DNA from: an uncultured Gammaproteobacteria bacterium
GTDB taxonomy: Bacteria; Pseudomonadota; Gammaproteobacteria; JABCZS01
Length of the DNA stretch: 64,000 nt
Direction: 5' to 3'
Assembly (NCBI GenBank): GCA_963848305.1
Contig: CAWKDC010000001.1
Span: 320,001-384,000 of the forward strand
Part shown: piece by piece, positions 1 through 12,515 of the stretch
How positions within the stretch are numbered: the first letter of the stretch is position 1
How the letters are laid out: each line of letters begins with the position of its first letter
Notes under the pieces: generated by a model
Database searches by the model: none
What the model saw: only the letters and a program-made list of their open reading frames with translations
Told to the model about the DNA's origin: nothing
Made by a program: the position numbers and the translations under genes

Positions 1-2
1 AC

Positions 3-131
3 TTTGAACGAGTCAATCGTTTGGCCCGGCTCAAACTTCAGCCTGACAGGATTAATATGAACTTCTGCGGCCAAGAGCATGCAAGGTACAACAAGGAAAA
101 CAAAAGCAAAAAAATGTTTTACACGTAACAT
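3..131 (-). CDS. Fimbrial periplasmic chaperone (PapD/CsuC-like), 5' part only; runs off window edge
   Basis: Manual translation MLRVKHFFAFVFLVVPCMLLAAEVHINPVRLKFEPGQTIDSFK: signal peptide then an I-x-P-V-R start typical of chaperones; lies directly after SCPU pilins. Confidence 0.7.
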   Translation of the reverse strand, partial: MLRVKHFFAFVFLVVPCMLLAAEVHINPVRLKFEPGQTIDSFK

Positions 132-153
132 AACAACACCTACTTAAATCAAC

Positions 154-658
154 TTAAAACACAACGTCAACTGTAACCGTATCTGAATAACTATCATCTA
201 CCACAGATGTCTGTCCCGCAGGAACTTGACCATAAATGGTATACGTTTGTGGCAAGCCTGTGCCTGTGCCACATTGATAGTCAGTACCCACAGTCCCATC
301 ACCCCACACTGGCACTCAATGTGGATGTGGTGTAAAGTTCATAGCCAAGTAAATCACTGGAAGTTCCGCCAATCATATTGCGACTGAGCACTGAGTCGGA
401 GTTAAGACCAGCATTTAAATAGATGCCGTAAAGAGTACCATCTACGCATGTAACGTACATATCCGTCTGCGCTGAAAGTGCAGTATCATCTACAGGATCG
501 TACGCGCCAAAAGCCAATGGATCTGGCACGCTAACAACGCATGCTGAATTGACAGCAGCATTTACCAAAAAAGTTTCGGCCGCGGCCTGTGCCGCATAAA
601 AAAACATGGAAGCGGCCGCAACGCCTGCTAACATTCTTTTGAGTTGATGGTTAACCAT
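154..658 (-). CDS. Csu-type (SCPU/spore coat U domain) pilin with apparent frameshift near 311-314
   Basis: ORF 299..658 has the pilin N-terminus (C..FGAYDP..VTC); another frame continues PVWGDGTVGTDYQCGTGTGLPQTYTIYGQVPAGQTSVVDDSYSDTVTVDVVF to TAA at 154-156, collinear with paralog 11981..12487. Confidence 0.85.
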
Positions 659-711
659 TTAACACTCCTTGTTCACGGTTGATATCCTTAGCACAGTCTA
701 CAACAATTTCG

Positions 712-749
712 GGAAAAAGTCACCCCTTTTTTCGGAGTGACTTTCTTCC
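712..749 (-). terminator. Intrinsic terminator after pilin 760..1248
   Basis: Minus strand GTCACTCC-GAAAAAA-GGGGTGAC followed by TTTTT. Confidence 0.6.
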
Positions 750-759
750 GTTTTAAACA

Positions 760-1248
760 TTAGAAAGTCGCAGTTACTGTAATGGTATCAGAGTAGCTGT
801 CATCTTCAACTGTTGTTTGACCTGCGGCAATTTGACCATAGATTGTATAAGGTTGATCAACACCTGAACCTGTACCAGACACTGTATTGGTACCTACCGT
901 ATCACCCCATTCTTCGCTGTACATATTATCTTGATAAAGATTATATGCGAGAAGATCCGATGTCGTTTCACCAAGCATATTGCGGGTTGTGACATCACCC
1001 GGGGTGCCTGCATTTTGACCTGCATCCAGTGAAATATTGTATGCTGCACCATTAGTACATGCTGCAGACAGGACAGTAGAACCGTTGGTAAATTCGCTAT
1101 CAACTGGATCGTATGTTCCAAATGCCAGTGTGGGCGCACTGAAAACGCATGTGCTTCCGACAGTAGCTGTTACCAAAAATGTCTCAGCAAACGCACTCAC
1201 AGCACATACGCTCAGTACTGCTGCAGATAATAATTGAAGTTTCTTCAT
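760..1248 (-). CDS. Csu-type SCPU pilin, likely major subunit (CsuA/B-like)
   Basis: Signal peptide, two Cys, LAFGTYDP, L-x-YNLY, YG-x-I-x-AGQ and YSDTITVTATF end; own promoter and terminator. Confidence 0.9.
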   Translation of the reverse strand: MKKLQLLSAAVLSVCAVSAFAETFLVTATVGSTCVFSAPTLAFGTYDPVDSEFTNGSTVLSAACTNGAAYNISLDAGQNAGTPGDVTTRNMLGETTSDLLAYNLYQDNMYSEEWGDTVGTNTVSGTGSGVDQPYTIYGQIAAGQTTVEDDSYSDTITVTATF

Positions 1249-1294
1249 ATAAAATTCCTTTTACAAGTTTAGATGCCCTTTCGGGATATAAAAA

Positions 1295-1323
1295 AATATA
1301 GTGCTTATTTTCGCGCTTTACAA
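1295..1323 (-). promoter_or_regulatory. sigma70-like promoter for pilin 760..1248
   Basis: TTGTAA-17nt-TATATT on minus strand. Confidence 0.5.
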
Positions 1324-1346
1324 GAAGATTTATGTAAATAATTTTT

Positions 1347-1871
1347 TTAATAAAGCACACTTACCGTGATCGTATCGGTATAAGTATCAGATGGCAGTTT
1401 TGTTTGATAAGGAGAAACAACACCATATGCAGCAATTGTTTGTTGTATACCTGTGGCTCTTGTTGATACAACTGTACTGCCATTATCTCCATCACCCCAT
1501 TGTGGGCCACTCAATTGTATTGTTGGATAAATCCGGTATGGAAGTAAAGCGCCATGCATGCCACCTTTCATGTTTCGCGTGTTCACGTTGTTAGGAGTGG
1601 ATGGATATAGGCCAGCATTCAGTGTGAGCGTGTAAGGCGTGCCATTCACACAAGTAGCGTAAATAAAACCTGCATTGGTAGATGTTGTCTCATTGGTATT
1701 TTTATCTTTCGTATCGGTAGGATGATACTGACCAAAAATAAGCGGCAATGCAGTGATTGAACAAGTCGGTTTAACAACTGCTTGCACCAAAAAGGTTGTA
1801 TTTGAACTGGCAGCGAATATTTGCACCGGGAAAATTGAAAGAAAGATAACTAATAATATTGACTTTTTCAT
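1347..1871 (-). CDS. Csu-type SCPU pilin
   Basis: Signal peptide, C..LIFGQY..ATC, YTDTITVSVLY C-terminus. Confidence 0.88.
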   Translation of the reverse strand: MKKSILLVIFLSIFPVQIFAASSNTTFLVQAVVKPTCSITALPLIFGQYHPTDTKDKNTNETTSTNAGFIYATCVNGTPYTLTLNAGLYPSTPNNVNTRNMKGGMHGALLPYRIYPTIQLSGPQWGDGDNGSTVVSTRATGIQQTIAAYGVVSPYQTKLPSDTYTDTITVSVLY

Positions 1872-1903
1872 TGTTAGATTCCTGTCATGCTTTAGTTACT
1901 AAA

Positions 1904-1931
1904 ATTATAACCAAAGAATCCAGAAAGTCAA
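1904..1931 (-). promoter_or_regulatory. sigma70-like promoter for pilin 1347..1871
   Basis: TTGACT-16nt-TATAAT just after the giant gene stop. Confidence 0.6.
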
Positions 1932-1935
1932 CTTT

Positions 1936-4900
1936 TCAAATTGGGCAATAGACAAATGCGGAGGTGCCTACCGTGGTTTCCAAGGAGGCAGTGATGGGCC
2001 ACTGTGCACTGCTAGGCGTAATGGTTAGATCGCGGTTCAAGCTACCCGATTCACAGGGCTGATAATCTAATACAATGTTACAAGAAGCGAGTGCATCTAG
2101 GGTTTGCCCATCCGTACAGGTTGAAGCGTTATCGATGATCACAGCCGTTTGCCCTAACGAATCATTATTCACCAGGTCGACATTGATCACCGTATCCGTT
2201 ATACCTTGATTTTCGATGGAATAGGTAACTTGGATAGGGTTTGTACAATTGGCTGTACTCAAATTATCGGGTGTGGTTGGTGTACTTGTAAAAACAATGC
2301 CACAGTTATCTAAACTCGCATTGCAACGCTCTTGAGGTGTAGTAGCTAGCGCATGGGTGCGTGCACCCTTTTTGGTTGAAGGGCAAGTAGGAAGGCTGCT
2401 GCTCACTAAATTTGCTGTACCACCTGCAGTAGTGACTGTTACACCCACCTGCCCTGCTGGATCTGGAGGCGTAATCGCTGTGATCGTTGTCCCATCACTT
2501 GAAACGCTCAGGACTGTTGCAGATTTACCTCCGATGGTGACGACAGAACCCGCAGTAAATCCTGCCCCCATTAATGTGACCTCTGTTCCGCCTGATGTAC
2601 TGCCATAATCGGGTGCGATAGAAGCAATGGACGGAACGTAGTTGAACAACACTGGAGCGGAAGTACCCCCAGCTGAGTTCACGGTCACACTGGCCTGCCC
2701 TTGCCCCACGGGACTGATGACAGTTATTTGAGCATCGCTGATGAATGTGAACGGAATGCTTGTATCATTCCACGTCACACTCGTTGCTTGTGTAAAATTA
2801 ACCCCTTGAATGCTCACAGATGTCCCGCCACTGGGCGAACCTGCATTAGGACTGAGTGAAGCAATTGAAGGGGCATTGTAAGTGAAGACATCATTCGGAT
2901 TGATTGCACTGCTTCCACCAGGTGTTGTCACTTGAACATCAACAGGTCCCGCACCCGACGGTGAGACTGCCGTGATGGTGCTGTCATTGACAACCGTAAA
3001 TGATGCTACAGGTTGATCCCCAAAATTCACATCTGTTACGTCTGTGAAGTCGCTACCTGAAATTGTGACCGATGTTCCTCCTGCTGCTGGACCCGAGTTG
3101 ACACTCAAACCCGTGACAACTGGAACAGCATAATAGATGAATTGATCGACAGAGGAAGTCGCACTCGTGCCATTGCTATTCGACACTGTCACATCCACTG
3201 TGCCTGTGCCTGCTGGTGCAGTCGCCACAATGCCCGTTGTGCCTGAGCTGGACTGCACGACCGCTTCTACTTCACCAAAATATACAGTGGTACCAGAGGT
3301 AAAACCTGTTCCGGTGATCGTGACTGCAGTTCCCCCATTGAGCGACCCACCAGAAGGACTCACAGAAGACACAGAAGGCGTATTATTGTATGTGTAACTA
3401 CTGTAGGTTGCTGAACCTACGCTATTGGTCACAGTCAGTGTCACAGCCCCCGCCGACTGTGGAGGAGCGATCGCTGTGATACTATCGTCACTGTTCACAG
3501 TATATGAAGTTGCATTGATAGTACCAAATTGCACACCTGAAGCACCTGATACCGTTAAAAATCCTGTGCCGATAATCATGACAGGTGTTGTTCCCCCAAC
3601 AGAACCGGCATCAGGTGAAATCGATGTGATGGTCGGCGCTTCAGTATAAGTGAATTCACTGGCCGATGTTTCGGGTGTTGTTCCTGAACTATTCGTGACA
3701 GTAACATTCACCACGGTTGAGCCATTGATCAGCAGGGCGGTTGATGGCGGCGCAATGGCCGTGATCTGTGTATCGCTGTGAATCACAAATGATGTCGCAG
3801 GTGTTGTGCCAAAATTCACTGCGGAAGCCGTTGTGAAACCTGTTCCTGTGATCAATACAGAGGTTCCACCCGTAATAGAAGTGGCTGGCGGATTAAGTGC
3901 CGTGATAGTAGGAACCGTATCGAAAGTATACGCATTGGCTAACGTATAGGACCCCACATCATTCGTGACGGTGATGCCCACCTGCCCCACCGCATGTGCA
4001 GGGGTGATCGCTGTGATTTGTGTGTCACTGTTCACAGTGAATGAAGAAGCTGCAACAGAACCAAACTGCACATCCGTCGCGCTTAAAAATCCTGTGCCAC
4101 TGATCACAACAGATTGATCACCTGTGCTAGGCCCTCCATTTGGCGTCACTGCAGTCACCAAAGGAAGATAGGAAAACTGATCAGCTGAAGTTGTTGGGCT
4201 CGTTCCTCCGGCCGTTGCCACAGTGATATCGACTTGACCCGTGCCAGCAGGTGCAACTGCCATGATTGCTGTATCAGTATTCGTCAACACCGTACCGGGA
4301 TTATCCTCGCCAAAATAAACGTCTAAGGCATTGCTCATCCCTACCCCTGTGATTGTCACCACTGTCCCACCAGCGCCACTGCCTACATTAGGCGTGATCG
4401 CAGTCACCACAGGCACATATGACAATTTTGCAGCGTTTGAAATGGCGTTTGTTCCATCAGCATTCGCAATGGTAACGTAAACGGCACCTGTCCCAGCTGG
4501 AATGCTGTCAATCACTATGCTGGTCTCCGTCATTGATGCAGGAGTCACTAAATTGCTTCCCAAATAAACGGTTGTGCCTGCAATAAATCCTGTCCCATTG
4601 ATTGTCAAGCTCACGTTTCCGGTGGCAGGAACTGCGTTGGGACTCAAGCTTGTGATGCTTGGAGAAGAATTATATGTAAAAGCATTGGTTGAATTCCCTG
4701 TTCCAGTGACATTGTCGACAGAAACTGTCACTGGACCATTCGTGCCCGGTGGTGTAATGGCAGTGATTCGCGTATCACTTGTTACTGTAAAGGAGGTTGC
4801 ATCGATGCCTCCAAATTGAACTGATGTCGCCGTTAAAAACCCTGTGCCCTTGATGAGCACGACTGTGCCACCTGCATTGGATCCTGCAGGAGGACTGACA

Positions 4901-7900
4901 GTGGTAATAACTGGGATATCATCATACGTATAAACACTTGCGGATGAAATGGCACTCGTCCCATTGCTATTAACCACGGTGATGTTAACCGTGCCTGTTC
5001 CAGGCGGCGCGCTTGCCACCATGATGGTGGTGTCTGTTTTAGAAGTCACTGTTGCCAGCGTGTCACCAAAATAGACAGCTGTTTCATCTAAAAAACCCGT
5101 GCCTGTGATTTCAACATCTGTTCCACCATGAGAAGATCCCGCATTCGGACTCACACCCGTCACAGATGGCGTATCATCATAAGTATAACCGTTGGTAAGG
5201 GTGCCTGTGTCAATGATATTCGTGATCGCAACATCGACTGCTCCTGCAGCATGTTCGGGAGTAATGGCAGTTATCTGTGTATCACTGTTGATCGTGTATG
5301 AGGTTGCATTGAGCCCTCCAAATTCAACAGATGATGCTGTTAAAAAGCCTGATCCGGTGATGACCACTGATGTTGCCCCACCAATTGAACCTGCCGGTGG
5401 ATTGACAGAGGAGATCGTTGGCGGATTTTGGTATGTGTAGTCGGTTGTGTTAGAGATAAAATTTGTAGCAGCACTTGTGCCTGAAGGGTTTGTCACTGTG
5501 ACACCCACCGTCGTGCCTGCCGTACCCGGAGGCGCTATTGCCGTGATTTGTATGTCGCTGTTCACTGTGAATGATGTCGCGGCGTTGCTCCCAAAATCAA
5601 CATCTGTAGCTGTTAAAAATCCAGTGCCCAGGATCGTCACTATGTCACCGCCTGCAGGCAAACCGCCTATCGGTGAAACGGAAACCACTGTGGGTATACC
5701 GTCATAAGTAAATCCGTTTGTTAACGTCCCTGAACCTGTGCTATTCGTCACAACAATATTGACCACACCTGCAGCATGTGCGGGTGCAGTCGCTGTGATT
5801 TGTGTATCACTATTAATCGAATATGCAGTTGCCGCTGTGCTTCCGAATTGAACAGAGGTGGTGGTTAAAAACCCCGCCCCTAAGATCGTCACAGAAGTGC
5901 CTCCCGAAATCGGGCTTGATGATGGGCTGGCAGCAGTTACTATGGGTATGCCATCATATGTGAACCCATTCTCTAAAGTACCAGAGCCCGTGCTGTTCGT
6001 CACAACAATATTGACCACACCAGCAGATTGTGCCGGCGATGTTGCTGTAATTTGTGTATCGCTACTCACTGTGTATGACGTTGCAGCAGTACTGCCGAAT
6101 TTAACAGCTGTGGTGGTTAAAAATCCTGTCCCTGTGATCGTCACAACAGTTCCGCCGGCAATCGGGCCTGATGCTGGACTGACCGCTGTCACTGTCGGCG
6201 TTGCATCATAGGTAAAGCCATTGGTTAATGTGCCTGAGCCAGTGCTATTCGTGACTACAACATTCACGACGCCTGCAGATTGCGCCGGCGATGTCGCTGT
6301 AATTTGTGTATCGCTATTCACTGTGTATGACGTTGCCGCAGTACTGCCGAATTTAACAGCAGTGGTGGTTAAAAATCCTGTCCCTGTGATCGTCACAGAT
6401 GTACCACCCGCAATCGGGCCTGATGCTGGACTCACCGCAGTCACTGTCGGTGTGGCATCATAAGTAAAACCATTCGTTAATGTGGCAGAAGCAGTGCTAT
6501 TCGTGACTACAACATTCACCACACCTGCAGATTGCGCCGGTGTTGTCGCAGTGATACTTGTATCACTGTTGACAGTGTATGACGTTGCATTTGTTGTCCC
6601 AAATTGAACTGCTGTGGTGGTTAAAAATCCTGTCCCTGTGATCGTCACAGATGTACCGCCCGCAATTGGACCTGATGCGGGACTCACCGCTGTCACTGTC
6701 GGTGTGGCATCATATGTATACTGATTTCCAGCGCCAGTACTGCTTGTGCCCACAGGTGTTGTGACCGTCACATTCACTACCCCTGCCACACCAGCAGGTG
6801 CTACTGCGGTGATTTGTGTACCGCTGTTCACCGTATAACTTGTGGCATTATTTGCCCCGAACTTAACCGCTGCCGCCCCACTCAAATTATAAAAATCTGT
6901 GCCCGTGATCGTCACTGAAGTACCACCTGCAATAGAGCCAGCTTTAGGCGACAATGTTGTCACTGTTGGCACATTCTGATAAGTAAACTTGTCTGCACTA
7001 GAGGTCGAACTAGTTCCTGATGGATTCGTCACAGTGATATCCACTGTTGTACCATCTGTGCCTGAAGGAGATGTTGCTGTGATTTGTGTATCGCTGTTCA
7101 CCGTGAATGATGCCGCTGCTGTACTACCAAATTTCACAACTGTACTTGTTAGAAATCCCGTCCCTGTGATCGTCACAACAGTTCCGCCGGCAGGGAGTCC
7201 TGCAATGGGCGAAATGGAAGTCACTGTCGGCGTTGCATCATAGGTAAAGCCATTGGTTAATGTGCCTGAGCCAGTGCTATTCGTGACTACAACATTCACG
7301 ACGCCTGCAGATTGCGCCGGCGATGTCGCAGTAATTTGTGTATCGCTATTCACTGTGTATGACGTTGCCGCAGTACTGCCGAATTTAACAGCAGTGGTGG
7401 TTAAAAATCCTGTCCCTGTGATCGTCACAGATGTACCACCCGCAATCGGGCCTGATGCGGGACTGACCGCAGTCACTGTTGGTGTTGTGTCATACGTAAA
7501 CCCATTCGTTAATGTACCTGAGCCAGTGCTATTCGTGACTACAACATTCACCACACCTGCAGCATGTGCCGGTGCAGTCGCTGTAATTTGTGTATCACTG
7601 TTGACGGTGTATGACGTTGCAGCAGTACTACCGAATTTAACAGCAGTGGTGGTTAAAAATCCTGTCCCTGTGATCGTCACAGATGTACCGCCCGCAATTG
7701 GACCTGATGCGGGACTCACCGCTGTCACTGTTGGTGTGGCATCATATGTATACTGATTTCCAGCGCCAGTACTGCTTGTGCCCACAGGTGTTGTGACCGT
7801 CACATTCACTACCCCTGCCACACCAGCAGGTGCTACTGCGGTGATTTGTGTACCGCTGTTCACCGTATAACTTGTGGCATTATTTGCCCCGAACTTAACC

Positions 7901-10900
7901 GCTGCCGCCCCACTCAAATTATAAAAATCTGTGCCCGTGATCGTCACTGAAGTACCACCTGCAATAGAGCCAGCTTTAGGCGACAATGTTGTCACTGTTG
8001 GCACATTCTGATAAGTAAACTTGTCTGCACTAGAGGTCGAGCTAGTTCCTGATGGATTCGTCACAGTGATATCCACTGTTGTACCATCTGTGCCTGAAGG
8101 AGATGTTGCTGTGATTTGTGTATCGCTGTTCACCGTGAATGATGCCGCTGCTGTACTACCAAATTTAACAGCTGTACTTGTTAGAAATCCCGTCCCTGTG
8201 ATCGTCACAACAGTTCCGCCGGCAGGGAGTCCTGCAATGGGCGAAATGGCAGTCACTGTCGGCGTTGCATCATAGGTAAAGCCATTGGTTAATGTGCCTG
8301 AGCCAGTGCTATTCGTGACTACAACATTCACGACGCCTGCAGATTGCGCCGGCGATGTCGCTGTAATTTGTGTATCGCTATTCACTGTGTATGACGTTGC
8401 CGCAGTACTGCCGAATTTAACAGCAGTGGTGGTTAAAAATCCTGTCCCTGTGATCGTCACAGATGTACCACCCGCAATCGGGCCTGATGCTGGACTCACC
8501 GCAGTCACTGTCGGTGTGGCATCATAAGTAAAACCATTCGTTAATGTGGCAGAAGCAGTGCTATTCGTGACTACAACATTCACCACACCTGCAGATTGCG
8601 CCGGTGTTGTCGCAGTGATACTTGTATCACTGTTGACAGTGTATGACGTTGCATTTGTTGTCCCAAATTGAACTGCTGTGGTGGTTAAAAATCCTGTCCC
8701 TGTGATCGTCACAGATGTACCGCCCGCAATTGGACCTGATGCGGGACTCACCGCTGTCACTGTCGGTGTGGCATCATATGTATACTGATTTCCAGCGCCA
8801 GTACTGCTTGTGCCCACAGGTGTTGTGACCGTCACATTCACTACCCCTGCCACACCAGCAGGTGCTACTGCGGTGATTTGTGTACCGCTGTTCACCGTAT
8901 AACTTGTGGCATTATTTGCCCCGAACTTAACCGCTGCCGCCCCACTCAAATTATAAAAATCTGTGCCCGTGATCGTCACTGAAGTACCACCTGCAATAGA
9001 GCCAGCTTTAGGCGACAATGTTGTCACTGTTGGCACATTCTGATAAGTAAACTTGTCTGCACTAGAGGTCGAGCTAGTTCCTGATGGATTCGTCACAGTG
9101 ATATCCACTGTTGTACCATCTGTGCCTGAAGGAGATGTTGCTGTGATTTGTGTATCGCTGTTCACCGTGAATGATGCCGCTGCTGTACTACCAAATTTAA
9201 CAGCTGTACTTGTTAGAAATCCCGTCCCTGTGATCGTCACAACAGTTCCGCCGGCAGGGAGTCCTGCAATGGGCGAAATGGAAGTCACTGTCGGCGTTGC
9301 ATCATAGGTAAAGCCATTGGTTAATGTGCCTGAGCCAGTGCTATTCGTGACTACAACATTCACCACACCTGCAGCATGTGCCGGTGCAGTCGCTGTAATT
9401 TGTGTATCACTGTTGACGGTGTATGACGTTGCAGCAGTACTGCCGAATTTAACAGCAGTGGTGGTTAAAAATCCTGTCCCTGTGATCGTCACAGAAGTGC
9501 CGCCAACAATTGGGCCTGATGCGGGACTGACCGCAGTCACTGTTGGTGTTGTGTCATACGTAAACCCATTCGTTAATGTACCTGAGCCAGTGCTATTCGT
9601 AACCACAACATTCACGACGCCTGCTGATTGCGCCGGTGTTGTCGCAGTGATACTCGTATCACTGTTCACTGTGTAAGATGATGCCGCAGTACTGCCGAAT
9701 TTAACAGCAGTGGTGGTTAAAAATCCCGTCCCTGTGATCGTCACAGAAGTGCCGCCCGCGATCGGGCCAGATGCGGGACTGACTGCTGTCACTGTTGGTG
9801 TTGTGTCATACGTAAACCCATTCGTCAATGTACCTGAGCCAGTGCTATTCGTAACCACAACATTCACGACGCCTGCTGCTTGCGCCGGTGTTGTCGCAGT
9901 GATACTTGTATCACTGTTCACTGTATGTGACGTTGCCCCAGTACTACCGAATTTAACGACGGTGGCGGTTAAAAACCCTGTCCCTGTAATCGTCACAGAT
10001 GTGCCACCCGCAATTGGGCCAGATGCGGGACTCACTGCAGTCACTGTCGGCGTTGCATCGTAAGTAAAACCATTTGTGTCAGTGACCGTCCCTGCAGAGG
10101 CAGTGAGCACAACATTGACAGCCCCCGCTGCATGGCCGGCGTAGTCACCTTAACACTTGTACTGGTATTACTGCTGATACTAGTTCCGGCAGTGCCTCCA
10201 AAAGCAATCGAACTGGTACCCGTTAAGTTGGTTCCTGCAATCGTCACAACAGTCCCCCCTGCTAACGGACCCGCATTCGGAGTAATAGAGGTGATCGTAG
10301 GTGCAGCGTTATCAAGCATGACAGGCTTAATAGGCGCCAACGTGGTAGTCTCTTCTGAGATCGCCAAAACTCGATCCATATAAATGGAGGGCGTCTTTAC
10401 CCATTGCGCAAGATCAGGCTGAGCAAATACACCAGATAAAGTGTAAGGAGGAATCGAAGTAGATTTTCCACTTAAAAAGCTGACATTCAATCCATAAGTA
10501 TTGCTGTTCGGCGTATCATTACTTGAAATCAAACGCTGCGCATTGGCAATGATTTCCATCCCGAAAGATTGCGCAAAAGAAGGCTTGTATGCAAGCTCAA
10601 GATCATAAGTGTCGTAAATAGCACGATTTTCAGCAGCAATCGAAAACTTCATGTTATCGCCGATCAATTGATTAAGTTGCAGCGCTGCTCCTAATCTTTT
10701 ATCGTCATCATCACTATCATCAGTTAATTTATGATTGTAGCTCACATCATCATAATACAATGTTGCATCTAATGAAGTGCTCGGCGATAAACGGAGCGTT
10801 GTTCCCAGATCAAGCCCTTGGCTGGTTGCGCCCACAATATGACGCTGATTGATATAGGCTAATTCATGGGAGATGAAATTCACAGAAGACAAATGTTGAT

Positions 10901-11417
10901 TAGGAGCTTGCGCCCAATAAGCACCTACATTCAAATTTTGTAGGAAACGCTGATTCAAGTTGTGCTGAAAACGCGCACCATATGCAGCCTGATAAACCCT
11001 CTCATCAATACTGCCTGAATCGAACTCGAAAGGAAGCACTTGACTTAAATATTCAGCGCCTAATTTAATGGCACCGCTTGAATAAAGTTGATAACCTGCC
11101 GTTCCATTTAAGCGGTATTGATTAATACCGTATTCACCAAGCATACCGATAGCAAAACTTTTATTAAGTGACTGAACAAATTGCGCGTTAAAAATAGTTT
11201 TTTCTAATGTGTCATATTCAACGCCGAATGAAATAGGGCCAGATAATCCTGCCATGTCAGAGTCAAGATAAAGCGCTGTCTGACTAGGAGTTTCGGCTGG
11301 ATTCTGACCAATTGGCACCATTGTTGAATTTGCCAATGCCACCGTGGCGGTCCTTATTTGAAACAAATAGAGAAGTATTGTCCCTTGCGCAACTCTGCGG
11401 ATCCACTGCTTGCTCAT
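1936..11417 (-). CDS. Giant surface protein (~3160 aa): signal peptide, predicted beta-barrel-like N-domain (inverse-autotransporter-like), ~31 IPT/TIG repeats, Cys-rich C-terminal Ig-like domain; apparent -1 frameshift near 10134
   Basis: ORFs 10041..11483 and 1936..10110 join if one base is restored (TTPA[H]AAGAVNVVLTASAG, matching the repeat consensus); repeats PTVT-x-x-SP-x-SG-x-x-x-GGT-x-VTITGTGF; start chosen at MSKQW with an AAGGA RBS. Confidence 0.85.
5950..10060 (-). repeat. Near-identical intragenic tandem repeats: ~258-nt IPT/TIG units in a 1032-nt four-domain super-repeat
   Basis: Near-identical segments recur at 6989, 8021 and 9053 (period 1032 nt). Confidence 0.9.
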
Positions 11418-11454
11418 CACATTCCTTGTCATGCACATACCAAACAACGAACGC

Positions 11455-11483
11455 AATATATCAAAAAAAGTTGAATATTGCAA
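11455..11483 (-). promoter_or_regulatory. sigma70-like promoter for giant surface protein
   Basis: TTGCAA-17nt-TATATT upstream of the proposed start. Confidence 0.5.
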
Positions 11484-11509
11484 GGATTTTTTTAGCGAAC
11501 ATTTCTAGA

Positions 11510-11965
11510 TCAAAAACTAAGTGTCACGTTCACTGTGTCTGCATACGACCCCACACCGACAGAAGTTTGATTAGGCGGAATTAAACCATAGGCAGTGTAT
11601 TGACAACCAGTGACGCAATCCGAACCCTCATCGCTCACCAAACCGGTTCCGGAAGTCCCGTCTCCCCAAACTGTCGTGTACGCAGGATCGATATAAATAT
11701 TATAATTCATCGTGAAGTCGCCACTTATCATGGTGCGATCTGAGAATTCTCCACTGCTCCCTGTATCAAGGGTGAGCGTGAAAGCAGATGAACCTCCTTC
11801 TGGGCATGTAACCTCCAATTGAGTCATGCTTACATTGGTACCACTGCTGAAAGGATTGTATGATCCAAAATTCACGCCCGACGAAACATCGAGTGTACAG
11901 GCAAAGAGAATATTTACCGGTTGAAACAATAATATCAGCAAATAACTTTTCTTATCGCAAAACAT
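11510..11965 (-). CDS. Csu-type SCPU pilin (minor)
   Basis: C..VNFGSYNP..VTC, MNYNIY, YADTVNVTLSF end. Confidence 0.88.
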   Translation of the reverse strand: MFCDKKSYLLILLFQPVNILFACTLDVSSGVNFGSYNPFSSGTNVSMTQLEVTCPEGGSSAFTLTLDTGSSGEFSDRTMISGDFTMNYNIYIDPAYTTVWGDGTSGTGLVSDEGSDCVTGCQYTAYGLIPPNQTSVGVGSYADTVNVTLSF

Positions 11966-11980
11966 CTGACCCTCCGAAAG

Positions 11981-12487
11981 TTAGTACGTGACAGTCACAC
12001 TGATGACATCAGAATAATTATCTACCGGCACAGTAGACTGTCCGCTCGGTATCATTCCGTAAACTGTATATTGTGATTGTGCGCCTGTGCCGATACCACA
12101 TTGGTAATCTGTACCTACGCTGCCATCTCCCCAGACGGGTCCGGTCATGGATGCATTGCCATAGAGCTGATAGGAGAGTAATTCTCCACTGCTTGCCCCC
12201 TGCATATTTCTATTCAACACATTCGAGCCGGAGTGAAGCCCTGCGCTTAAATAAATATTGTAGACCGCCCCATTAACACAGGTCACGCTGATCGTTGTTG
12301 TGGCATTTACCTTGGCGCCACTGGTGGGATCATAAATGCCAAATTGCATATCCTCAGCAGAGACCATACAAATGGCGCTGACGGATACTTGATTCATGAT
12401 CGAGGTATTCTGACTCAAAGCGAAAACCTGCGGCACGTTCAATGAACATAAACAAACACACACACGTATTAACTGTTTCATTTTCAT
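11981..12487 (-). CDS. Csu-type SCPU pilin
   Basis: C..MQFGIYDP..VTC, LSYQLY, YSDVISVTVTY end. Confidence 0.88.
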   Translation of the reverse strand: MKMKQLIRVCVCLCSLNVPQVFALSQNTSIMNQVSVSAICMVSAEDMQFGIYDPTSGAKVNATTTISVTCVNGAVYNIYLSAGLHSGSNVLNRNMQGASSGELLSYQLYGNASMTGPVWGDGSVGTDYQCGIGTGAQSQYTVYGMIPSGQSTVPVDNYSDVISVTVTY

Positions 12488-12515
12488 ATGATATAAACAT
12501 CCTCATTAAAAACAT

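Noticed and set aside
2357-10383. Many + strand Val/Pro-rich ORFs over the giant gene
   Set aside because: Antisense shadows of the Thr/Gly-rich repeats; they recur with the repeat period and lack RBS or domain logic
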